Shown one piece after another: positions 56,757-64,000 of a stretch of DNA of 64,000 nucleotides. The notes under the pieces were generated by a model that saw nothing but the letters and a program-made list of their open reading frames with translations, had not been told where the DNA came from and did not search any database. The first letter of the stretch is position 1. Each line of letters starts with the position of its first letter. The stretch is from an uncultured Actinomycetes bacterium (GTDB taxonomy: Bacteria > Actinomycetota > UBA4738 > HRBIN12). The position numbers were made by a program, and so were the translations under genes. The DNA is taken from contig CAWHQA010000005.1 in assembly GCA_963831325.1 (NCBI GenBank), positions 7,493 to 71,492 of the forward strand, in the 5' to 3' direction.

Positions 56757-58535
56757 TCAACCCGGGAGCGTCTGCCCGTACGCGAGGCAGCTCTTCTTCG
56801 GCCCCTTGTCGATGAGACTGGCGTCGAAGCTAGCGATGACCGGGAACAAGGGCGAGGTCGAGGAGAACGCAGACGAGCCTGCCTCGGACACCGCCCAGAG
56901 CGTCCCGTCCTGATCGAACTGGATCCCCTCCGAGCCCGGCGCGAACCCGTACCGAGTGCCGTTGTTAAGGACACCGCACTTGGACGTCGACGATGAGACC
57001 CACAGGCCCGGACTGTGGAAGTCTGCCCCTTGGGGGCCGCTCGGGATTTCGATCTGGTCGATGGCATCGGCCTTCTCGATGCTCTTGATCGGTTGCGGGG
57101 GGAACAGGTCTGGGACGTTGAACTCGTACATAGTTGAAGGCACCACAAGGCCGACCTTCTTGAACTCTCCGATCCAAAGCGTCGTTCCGCCCGCTCCATC
57201 AGCGGCGATGGAACCCTTGAAGTCCCCGACGCGTGTATCTCCGAGTCTGACCGTGCGTCGAAGTGGGTTCCCGCCCGAGAAGAGCGTCGCGTGGTCGAGC
57301 GCGTAGATCCTCGCAGTATCGACAACCCAGACGCGGCCTTGGTCGTCGAACTGGATCCCCCCTCCATGCTTGCAGCCGGTCGTGGACGCAAAGTCGGCGA
57401 AATCGAATGTCCCCGCTGCGTCTCCGGTCGCCAGATCGACCCCCACGACTCGACACTCGGGCTCCGTCCCCTGGACGTACCCGGAGATGAGTGCGGTGGT
57501 GCCGTCATCGGTCAGCGCGAGACCCTGGGGCACGAATCCGTCGTTGATGGTCGGGACCCACACAGCATCACAGACCGCGTCATCGTTCGGGAAACTCGCC
57601 AGCGTGCTCGCGTCCCGATAGGTGGGATCTTCACCGTCCACGTCGGAGGCGACGATCCCGTCACAGGTCGTCGAGCCACCCGGCGTCGATCCAGGATCAA
57701 GCGGATCAGAGCCAGCGGCGATCTCTTCTTCGTCGCTGAACCCGTCGTCATCATCATCGGGATCCGCGTTGTTCCCCACACTGTCTCCGTCAGTATCGAC
57801 AGACTCGCCGGGGTCGAGCGGGAAGGCGTCTTCGCCGTCATCTACGGTGTCGTCGTCGCTATCCCGCTTACTCGGAGAGGTGCCCAGGCCTATCTCGTCA
57901 CAGTCAGTGATCCCGTCCCCATCCGAGTCGACGCCGGTGCAACCTCTCGTCGCTGAGAAGTGCAGTGTCACGAACGAGAAGTTCCCAGTTCCCCCGCCAG
58001 GGTTGTCGACGAGCTTGATCGAGCCGGAGGCAGCCTCTTGATTGGGACTTAGGAGTTCGTAGTTGCCGCCCCAGCTCCCGCCTCCAGCTACCCCTGTCGA
58101 GCTACTGCTCCCGGGAACGCATCCCGCCTCGACCGAGCCGGTGGTCGTGTGCTCGATGACGGACGTGCCGCCATCGATTGACAAGAGGATCGCAAGCGAC
58201 GTGCCAGTCGAGCCGATGGCCGCCGACCCTCCCGAGTAGGTGTTCGTTGTAACGTCTGTGGTTTCACACGAGAGGTCGAAGCCGTGTTCAGCCCAGTCGA
58301 CGCTTGTCCCTGTGCCACTACCGCCGCCGGAGGTCGTTGCGGAGACGGTGAAGCCAGACGTTCGTTCGGTGTGCGGGGTGACCTGGCTGGAGGTTCCAAC
58401 CACGGTGGCAGACCCGGTCCATTCCTCCGCTGCCGCGGCGAGGGGAGGGGAGGTAGCAAGAACCAGCACCAGGACCGCCGCTCCCACCACGGAACGTGCG
58501 AAGGTTCCACCGTGCTGACCCCGTGGCGTCGCCAT
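56757..58535 (-). CDS. Secreted protein with thrombospondin-type-3-like Ca-binding Asp repeats and a C-terminal beta-propeller-like domain
   Basis: The preferred start is ATG (complement of 58533-58535), 8 nt after GGAGGG; the ORF maximum is 58580. The signal peptide is ARSVVGAAVLVLVLATSPPLAAAAE. The acidic repeats are DSDGDGITDCDE, DSDDDTVDDGEDAFPLDP and DTDGDSVGNNADPDDDDDGFSDEEE. Confidence 0.75.
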   Translation of the reverse strand: MATPRGQHGGTFARSVVGAAVLVLVLATSPPLAAAAEEWTGSATVVGTSSQVTPHTERTSGFTVSATTSGGGSGTGTSVDWAEHGFDLSCETTDVTTNTYSGGSAAIGSTGTSLAILLSIDGGTSVIEHTTTGSVEAGCVPGSSSSTGVAGGGSWGGNYELLSPNQEAASGSIKLVDNPGGGTGNFSFVTLHFSATRGCTGVDSDGDGITDCDEIGLGTSPSKRDSDDDTVDDGEDAFPLDPGESVDTDGDSVGNNADPDDDDDGFSDEEEIAAGSDPLDPGSTPGGSTTCDGIVASDVDGEDPTYRDASTLASFPNDDAVCDAVWVPTINDGFVPQGLALTDDGTTALISGYVQGTEPECRVVGVDLATGDAAGTFDFADFASTTGCKHGGGIQFDDQGRVWVVDTARIYALDHATLFSGGNPLRRTVRLGDTRVGDFKGSIAADGAGGTTLWIGEFKKVGLVVPSTMYEFNVPDLFPPQPIKSIEKADAIDQIEIPSGPQGADFHSPGLWVSSSTSKCGVLNNGTRYGFAPGSEGIQFDQDGTLWAVSEAGSSAFSSTSPLFPVIASFDASLIDKGPKKSCLAYGQTLPG

Positions 58536-58851
58536 ACCTCTGTCCCTCCGACGAGAGCTGGGACGCGGGCCCCCGCTCACTCAACTGCTGGGTCACCAAA
58601 TCTGCTCACCGACGATGAAGGTGTCAACCCCCAATGGGAGTACTCCTAATTGGTGCTCGCCGAAATCGAGGCTCTGCACGCGTGGCGACATAGGTCGGCG
58701 GCGAGAGCACACCTTCGTCAGTGGGTGGGCCGACCCGAGGCCATGTCTTCAGGATGATCGCGACCCGGGTGGGTAGACAGTTGGTAGACGATGGGCCTGC
58801 CCTAGGGAAGCTCAGGACGAGCCGCAGGTCCCTAACCTGCGGTTTCCTCGG

Positions 58852-58924
58852 TAGTCCCAACGGGATTTGAACCCGTGTCTCCACCTTGAGAGGGTGATGT
58901 CCTAGGCCTCTAGACGATGGGACC
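58852..58924 (-). tRNA. tRNA-Glu (anticodon CUC), 73 nt; CCA is not encoded
   Basis: The reverse complement is GGTCCCATCGTCTAGAGGCCTAGGACATCACCCTCTCAAGGTGGAGACACGGGTTCAAATCCCGTTGGGACTA. I folded it by hand into a cloverleaf with a 7-bp acceptor stem (including G1-U72), D stem GTCT/GGAC, anticodon stem TCACC/GGTGG, loop CT-CTC-AA, and T arm ACGGG-TTCAAAT-CCCGT. It closely parallels E. coli tRNA-Glu. Confidence 0.9.
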
Positions 58925-58992
58925 GCTTCAGCCCCCCAAGCTTATCCAACGCGACGACGGGCCTCCAACGTGCGTGCCGATCCGCGTTCCGA

Positions 58993-60216
58993 TCAGGCAG
59001 ACAGCCGTGCGTAGTTCGCTTGCTGCACGCCCGCCACCTGCGAGAACTGTCCACCCACGTGCGCGATGCCCTGCCGTACGGCGAGAGCCCAGACGCCGAG
59101 GTAGTTGCAGCACGGGTTCGGACGCCACACGGGGTCGGTGAGCCCAGTCGCGCGGTCGAGGGCCGCGAGCCGGGGGATCTGCAGGCAGCTTCCGATCGGC
59201 TCCTGGTTGGAACCGCACTGCTCGCGCGGTCCGTGTGCGATCGTCTTGAAGTGGCCGCCGACGAGCACGGTGCTCGCATCGTAGGCGGCGACGGCTTGGG
59301 CGGAGCCGGAGGTGTCGGTCTTCCATACCTGTGGCCACACGGTCGGATCGGCGCCCGGCGCCGGCGCCGAGTAGAGCGCGGCGAAGTCGGAGCCGCCTGC
59401 GCCGACGAGGAGTTGGCCGCCCGACACCTGGGTCGACATGCCGTACGCCTTGCTTCGCGACTCGACGCCTGCGACCGACCACGTTCGGACCGCGCCGGTG
59501 CGGGCGCTCACCTTCACGACGACCTTCTGCGGCGCTCCATCGATGAGATCGAAATGACCTGCGGCGACGATGTCGCCGTCGGGCATGAAGTCGAGATCGA
59601 GCATCTGTGGTGTCTCCCCGGGCGGCCGGATCGCCGGGTCGAGGGTGGGCACGACGTCGGCGAACGCCGGGTCTCGCCCACCGGTCGGGAAGTAGGCGCG
59701 CAGCCGTGATCCGCCCACGTAGATGCGATCGGGACCGGCGAGCACGGTTCGCCCGACGAGGGTCGTGAAGCCGCGGACGATGCGTCCGGTCGCGGGGTCG
59801 AGCCCGACGGTGTGGCGACGATCGAGTCCGCCGAAGCGGTAGAGGAATCGTCCGGTCACGTAGAGGACGCCGTCGGGCCCGAGCGACATGTCTCGAACCT
59901 GCGCGCCGCCACCACCGTTGAGGCCGCGCGGCACGACGGTCGTCGAGAGCATGCCGGTGGAGAGGTTGAGCGCGGCGATGTTGCCGGTCGGCGATGGGTT
60001 GGACCCGTTGCGATCGAGCACGTTGGCGAAGTTCCCGCCGATCCAGACGTGGCCGCGGGCGATGATGACCGACCGCACGGCTCCATCGGTCATCGACGTG
60101 TCATCGGGTGATGGCGTGGGCGTGCCGGCCCACGCTGCGCCGCCGAGGGTCAAGCTCAGGAACGAGGATGCGGCGACGAGAGCGACGGTCACCGTGGAAC
60201 GGCTGCGAGAGAGCAT
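58993..60216 (-). CDS. Secreted beta-propeller protein (delta-60/DUF5122-like GG.F..v.G repeats)
   Basis: Only the last 407 codons of the 1213-aa ORF are real. The start MLSRSRSTVTVALVAASSFLSLTLGGAAWAG follows GGAAGGA. The recurring motifs are IGGNFANV, VTGRFLYRFGG, AAGHFDLIDG, VGGHFKTI and VGGQFSQVAG. Confidence 0.75.
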   Translation of the reverse strand: MLSRSRSTVTVALVAASSFLSLTLGGAAWAGTPTPSPDDTSMTDGAVRSVIIARGHVWIGGNFANVLDRNGSNPSPTGNIAALNLSTGMLSTTVVPRGLNGGGGAQVRDMSLGPDGVLYVTGRFLYRFGGLDRRHTVGLDPATGRIVRGFTTLVGRTVLAGPDRIYVGGSRLRAYFPTGGRDPAFADVVPTLDPAIRPPGETPQMLDLDFMPDGDIVAAGHFDLIDGAPQKVVVKVSARTGAVRTWSVAGVESRSKAYGMSTQVSGGQLLVGAGGSDFAALYSAPAPGADPTVWPQVWKTDTSGSAQAVAAYDASTVLVGGHFKTIAHGPREQCGSNQEPIGSCLQIPRLAALDRATGLTDPVWRPNPCCNYLGVWALAVRQGIAHVGGQFSQVAGVQQANYARLSA

Positions 60217-60378
60217 GTTCGATCCTTCCGCACGAGGGGGTTCCGGCGACACTGGCGGCCGGCGCTGCATCGGGTGCGCAGCAAGGATACGCCGCGACGG
60301 CTGCCCTCGCGAGGTCCCTTCCCGTGAAGTGCATGCGAGTGGTACTTTCGCCACCCAGCAACACAGAGGAGGGGGAAC

Positions 60379-63213
60379 ATGGCACAGCGCGGGACGACCC
60401 GTGGCCCGACCACTCGAACCTCGATCGTCATGGTGTGTGTCGCGACCGCGGTCGCGATGATCGCGGCCCTCGGGCCGGCCGGCGCCGATACGGCGGCTCC
60501 GAGGGCCGAGCGCGGTGGTGGCATCATGCCGCGCGCGACCAGCGACCTCGACATGCGCCGGCAGGGATCGCCGGTGGGAGTCGCGCCGCGTGTGCTGCGA
60601 GCACGGGCCTCGCTCGGGCGCAGTCTCGGCACGCAAGGTGTGATGCAGAGCGACCCGACGACCGGCACCCTCCGTTTCGTCGGACGGCTCGACGGCTTCC
60701 TTACCGAGAGCACGAGCAGGCCGGCTGCTCGCGTCGTCACGCGCTACCTGCGGGCCAACCGCGTGGCCTTCGGACTCCGCGGCCGAGACCTGCGAACCCT
60801 GCGGCTGCGTGACGACTACGTCGATGCCCTCGGGACCCATCACCTCTCGTTCGTGCAGCGCGCTGGGGGGCTCACGCTGTTCGGCCAAGGCGTCAGGGCA
60901 TCGGTCGCACGCGACGGCCGGCTCATCAACGTCACCGGCGGACCCATGCGCGGCCTGCGCGCACCCGCGGGCGGTCCGACGCTCGGCGCGACCGAGGCGA
61001 TCGCCGCCGCGAAGACCACGGTCGGCGCCGCACCCGCGCGTGCCCGCACCGATCGGGCCGATCTCATGCTGTTCCCCACGGGGCGGGGCGCGAGGCTCGC
61101 GTGGCGAACGTTCACGCTCATCTCCCCGGTGCAGACAGACGTCTCGTTCGTCGACGCTCGAACCGGCGAGATCCTCTACCGGAACAACCTCACGGACTCG
61201 GGTGCCCCCGTGCCAACCGGCACGGCCGAGGCGTGGCCGTTCTACCCGAGCACCCTCGCCACGGGCGGTGGCGGTGTCGAGCAGCCCGTAACGTTCCCGG
61301 TGTTCGACGGCACGCAGCTCTTCGGTCCCAATGCCTGGGTCTTCAAGGATGTGCAGGACGACTCGGTGCCCGACCCAGAAGACCAAGTTCCCGCTGTGAG
61401 CGGACTCGACTGGTCGGGCTACGACCCCTTCCTCGACACGACGACGCAGAAGCAGAACTGCGCCCCGAAGCGAGCCTGCACCTGGGATCGCACCGAGGGC
61501 TTCAGCTGGAAGGCGAACATCAAGCACAGCGCGGTGCAGACGTATTACTTCCTGAACCACTTCCACGATCACCTGGCTTCGGCGCCGATCTCCTTCACGG
61601 ATGCGGCCGGCAACTTCGAGTTCGGCGGCACGGGCGGGCACGATCCGGTGCTCACGAACGTCTCCGACGGTGCGAACACGGCCGGAGGCGGTTTCCCGGA
61701 CCTCGGACACGTCGACAACGCGAACATGTTCACCCCGCCCGACGGGCTCCCTCCGACGATGCAGATGTACCTCACGGAGAAGCTGCCGCGGTTCGGCTTG
61801 GGCCGACTGCCGTCGGCGAACACCGGCGACGACGCCGAGGTCGTCTACCACGAGTACACGCACGGCCTGTCGAACCGTCTCGTGATCTATCCCGACGGGC
61901 TGAGTGGTCTCGATAGTCAGCAATCCGGTTCCATGGGGGAAGCCTGGAGCGACTGGTACGCCATCGACCTCCTTCGCCGCGAGGGTCACAAACCGGATAC
62001 GGCGACGGTCGGCGACGTGGTGATGGGACAGATGACGTTCGCCGGCCAGCTGCGCACGGAGCCCGTCGACTGCCCGGTGGGGGCGGCACAGAACACCTGC
62101 ACAGGCACCAGGGGCGCAGGGCCGGGCGGCTACACCTACGGCGACTTCGGCAACATCGTCGGCGGGCCGGAGGTGCACGCCGACGGGGAGATCTGGCTGC
62201 AGACGCTCTGGGAGCTCCGCGACGCGCTCGGGTCGAACGCGACCGAAAAGCTCGTGACCCGGGGCATGGAGCTCTCGCCGCCGAGCCCGTCGTTCCTCGA
62301 TATGCGGAACGCGATCATCCAGGCCGATCTCGTCGCCAACGCGGGCGCCAACGCAGGCGCCATCTGGGGCGTGTTCGCCGGACGCGGCATGGGATTCTTC
62401 GCCTCGTCGGTCGGCGGCGGTGACGTCAACCCGGTCGAGGACTTCGCGTTGCCCCCGGACTGCAGCAGCGACCCCTGCGGCACGATCGAGGGCACGGTGA
62501 CCGACGCGGTCACGGGCGATCCCGTCCAAGGCGTGACCGTGCAGATCGCAGGTCTCGCGTCGGGGTTCGCGAGCGATCTCGCGGACACGTCGAACGCCAG
62601 CGGCGTCTTCCAGATCACCGACGTGCCGTTCCACGACGCCTACCCCGCGCTGCAGATGCTGGGCGGCGGCTACGAGCCGAAGGTCGTGCGTGGAGTGGTC
62701 GTCGACGGCACGGAGACAATCGACGCCGCCGTCTTCTTCGACTTCGCAGCGATCAGCAATGGGGCTGAGCTCCGGAAGGCGTCGCCACCCGACTACGCGG
62801 AGTTCTGTGGCTTCGGGGCAGACGGCGCTTTCGACCTCAACCTCGGCACGGGGTGGCCTTCGGACGCCGTCGGGAGCAACATAGGCAGCGACTACACCGG
62901 ACCGAGGCGAGCGACCGTCCGTCTATCGGAAGCGGTCGACATCGTCGGGTTCGGTGTGGCCTCGGGCGGCACCTGCGGCGACGGGCCGGAAGCGGGTGTC
63001 AAGCGCTTCCAGATCCAGACGAAGCGGACCAAGGGTGGCGCGTGGCGAACAGCGGTCGAGGCCTCGATCGGCGCGACCGGTCGCCTCAGGGCTTTCGAGC
63101 CGACAGCAGCCGATCGCAACGTGCGGTTCATCAGGTTCGTGATGCTGTCGAACCACGGCGACCCGCTGTTCATGGATGTGCTGGAGGTGACGGTGCGCGG
63201 CCGGGCCGCCTGA
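60379..63213 (+). CDS. Secreted M36 (fungalysin) family metalloprotease with FTP propeptide, CarboxypepD_reg-like domain and C-terminal discoidin (F5/8 type C)-like domain
   Basis: The 944-aa ORF is intact and follows a GAGGAGGGGG RBS. It has a signal peptide, the zinc site VVYHEYTHGLSNRL, and a downstream GSMGEAWSDWYA. The tail (CGTIEGTVTDAVTGDPVQGVTVQI...FIRFVMLSNHGDPLFMDVLEVTVRG) fits the two C-terminal domains. Confidence 0.85.
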   Translation: MAQRGTTRGPTTRTSIVMVCVATAVAMIAALGPAGADTAAPRAERGGGIMPRATSDLDMRRQGSPVGVAPRVLRARASLGRSLGTQGVMQSDPTTGTLRFVGRLDGFLTESTSRPAARVVTRYLRANRVAFGLRGRDLRTLRLRDDYVDALGTHHLSFVQRAGGLTLFGQGVRASVARDGRLINVTGGPMRGLRAPAGGPTLGATEAIAAAKTTVGAAPARARTDRADLMLFPTGRGARLAWRTFTLISPVQTDVSFVDARTGEILYRNNLTDSGAPVPTGTAEAWPFYPSTLATGGGGVEQPVTFPVFDGTQLFGPNAWVFKDVQDDSVPDPEDQVPAVSGLDWSGYDPFLDTTTQKQNCAPKRACTWDRTEGFSWKANIKHSAVQTYYFLNHFHDHLASAPISFTDAAGNFEFGGTGGHDPVLTNVSDGANTAGGGFPDLGHVDNANMFTPPDGLPPTMQMYLTEKLPRFGLGRLPSANTGDDAEVVYHEYTHGLSNRLVIYPDGLSGLDSQQSGSMGEAWSDWYAIDLLRREGHKPDTATVGDVVMGQMTFAGQLRTEPVDCPVGAAQNTCTGTRGAGPGGYTYGDFGNIVGGPEVHADGEIWLQTLWELRDALGSNATEKLVTRGMELSPPSPSFLDMRNAIIQADLVANAGANAGAIWGVFAGRGMGFFASSVGGGDVNPVEDFALPPDCSSDPCGTIEGTVTDAVTGDPVQGVTVQIAGLASGFASDLADTSNASGVFQITDVPFHDAYPALQMLGGGYEPKVVRGVVVDGTETIDAAVFFDFAAISNGAELRKASPPDYAEFCGFGADGAFDLNLGTGWPSDAVGSNIGSDYTGPRRATVRLSEAVDIVGFGVASGGTCGDGPEAGVKRFQIQTKRTKGGAWRTAVEASIGATGRLRAFEPTAADRNVRFIRFVMLSNHGDPLFMDVLEVTVRGRAA

Positions 63214-63218
63214 GCGCG

Positions 63219-63246
63219 GGAGGGGCCGGCCCGAGCCGGCCCCTCC
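63219..63246 (+). terminator. Strong hairpin 6 nt after the M36 stop
   Basis: The hairpin is GGAGGGGCCGGC-CCGA-GCCGGCCCCTCC, a perfect 12-bp GC-rich stem. There is no clear U-tract, which is common in high-GC actinobacteria. Confidence 0.6.
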
Positions 63247-63267
63247 GCCTCGTACCATGCGCGGACC

Positions 63268-64000
63268 GTGCCGCGCCGATCCGACCTCCCCACGCTCGCG
63301 GCCTTCGCAGGCGCGGTGGTGTTGGGCAGCGCCAACATCGTCGCCGTGCGGTTCAGCAACCGAGAGCTCGAGCCGTTGTGGGGTGCCGGCGTGCGGTTCG
63401 TGATCGCATCTTCGGTGCTCCACACGATCGGGCTCCTGACACGACGGCCGTTCCCCCGTGGTCCCTCACTGCGAGGCGCCGTGTCCTTCGGGCTGTTCGC
63501 ATTCACCGGGGCGTATGCCCTTTTCTACCTCGGCGCGGTGCGGGTCTCGGCCGGCACCGCCGGCGTGATCATGGCTCTTGTGCCGCTGCTCACGCTGTTG
63601 CTCGCCGCGGCGCAGCAGATCGAAGGGTTCTCCTGGCGCGGAGTCGCGGGCTCGCTCCTCGCGGTCGCGGGCATCGGCGTGATCTTGTCGGGCTCGCCGG
63701 CGGGCGCCGCCCCGGTCGGGTCGGTGCTGCTGATCGTCGGGGCCGCGACCTGCGCATCGCAGGCCGGCATCGTCGTCAAGCGCACGCCGGACTCCGACGT
63801 GATCACCACGAATGGGGTCGCCATGGCGGTCGGCGCGGTGCTGCTCCTCGCGCTGTCGCTCGCGTCGGGGGAGTCGCACGACCTGCCGTCGAGTCCGTCG
63901 GTCTGGGTGGCGGTAGCGTTCCTCGCCCTCGTCGGGTCGCCGTTGCTGTTCATCCTCTACGTCTTCGTGCTGAACCATTGGACCGCAACGGCCGCCTCGT
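63268..64000 (+). CDS. EamA/DMT-family transporter, 3' end beyond the window
   Basis: Hand translation from GTG 63268 gives VPRRSDLPTLAAFAGAVVLGSANIVAVRFSNRELEPLWGAGVRF...GTAGVIMALVPLLTLLLAAA...VAVAFLALVGSPLLFILYVFVLNHW. It is open to the window end, so it is absent from the ORF track. Confidence 0.8.
   Translation, partial: MPRRSDLPTLAAFAGAVVLGSANIVAVRFSNRELEPLWGAGVRFVIASSVLHTIGLLTRRPFPRGPSLRGAVSFGLFAFTGAYALFYLGAVRVSAGTAGVIMALVPLLTLLLAAAQQIEGFSWRGVAGSLLAVAGIGVILSGSPAGAAPVGSVLLIVGAATCASQAGIVVKRTPDSDVITTNGVAMAVGAVLLLALSLASGESHDLPSSPSVWVAVAFLALVGSPLLFILYVFVLNHWTATAAS

Noticed and set aside
58624-58884. An 86-aa ORF overlapping the tRNA-Glu gene
   Set aside because: It overlaps a canonical tRNA on the same strand and has no coding features.
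55297-58924. Calling the tRNA-adjacent block an integrative element or prophage remnant
   Set aside because: I found no integrase, recombinase or phage genes, and no direct repeat of the tRNA 3' end. Only a short repeat derived from the tRNA 5' part is present. I kept it as a finding about composition and decay, not as a mobile_element feature.
58993-62634. A 1213-aa minus-strand ORF, the longest in the window
   Set aside because: Only the last 407 codons (58993-60216) have protein-like sequence with an RBS and a signal peptide. The remainder is Arg/Gly/His/Glu-rich low-complexity sequence, typical of the antisense shadow of the real M36 gene at 60379-63213.

Overview
This is a high-GC (about 65-73% by eye), densely coding chromosomal segment. 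It carries Actinomycetota hallmarks: an FAH-gltX pair, a DUF222/HNH 'REP13E12-like' gene, an F420-type LLM oxidoreductase, a DUF5709-like acidic protein, and about ten 4-nt GTGA/ATGA gene overlaps. I can support about 57 protein genes or pseudogenes, one tRNA-Glu(CUC), three hairpin terminators, one coding 75-bp tandem repeat and a recurring 18-nt A/T-rich palindrome. I saw no rRNA, CRISPR array, transposase or integrase.

Layout:
- 1-10.1 kb: FtsX permease, class-V aminotransferase-serA operon, MFS transporter, and a CrtI-like flavoenzyme coupled to a DmdA-like aminomethyltransferase. Every gene in this block is frameshifted.
- 10.1-10.8 kb: lower-GC, gene-poor spacer.
- 10.8-22.3 kb: orphan PAS histidine kinase, yqgE, a second DmdA-like gene coupled to twin SAM methyltransferases, ilvE, pepN, and a DUF2330-like/cupredoxin pair.
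- 22.4-28.4 kb: hpaE/hpaD-like ring-cleavage genes with an APC permease, an aromatic-amino-acid-decarboxylase-like enzyme and MarR.
- 28.4-38.3 kb: LLM, SnoaL, two P450s, two glutamine-synthetase-like ligases and two SDRs, interrupted by an HNH/DUF222 gene.
- 38.3-46.5 kb: MetE-like gene plus a degraded partial copy flanking an APH-like kinase, then an OafA-like acyltransferase, GATase1, GH76, VOC, FAH and ADC genes.
- 46.5-54 kb: heavily frameshifted SBP-vWA gene, a TM coiled-coil protein, PspA, FAH-gltX, MFS and ferredoxin.
- 54-63.2 kb: VOC/PCD-like genes, then a lower-GC set of secreted repeat proteins around tRNA-Glu (beta-helix, TSP3-type, beta-propeller, M36 fungalysin).
- 63.3 kb to end: EamA transporter, running off the window.

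The most noteworthy points are the non-random clustering of frameshifts, the gamma-glutamyl-ligase/P450 locus, the DmdA-like/methyltransferase modules and the recurring palindrome. No obvious defence or mobile system could be demonstrated. All family calls come from motif recognition by eye; no database search was run.
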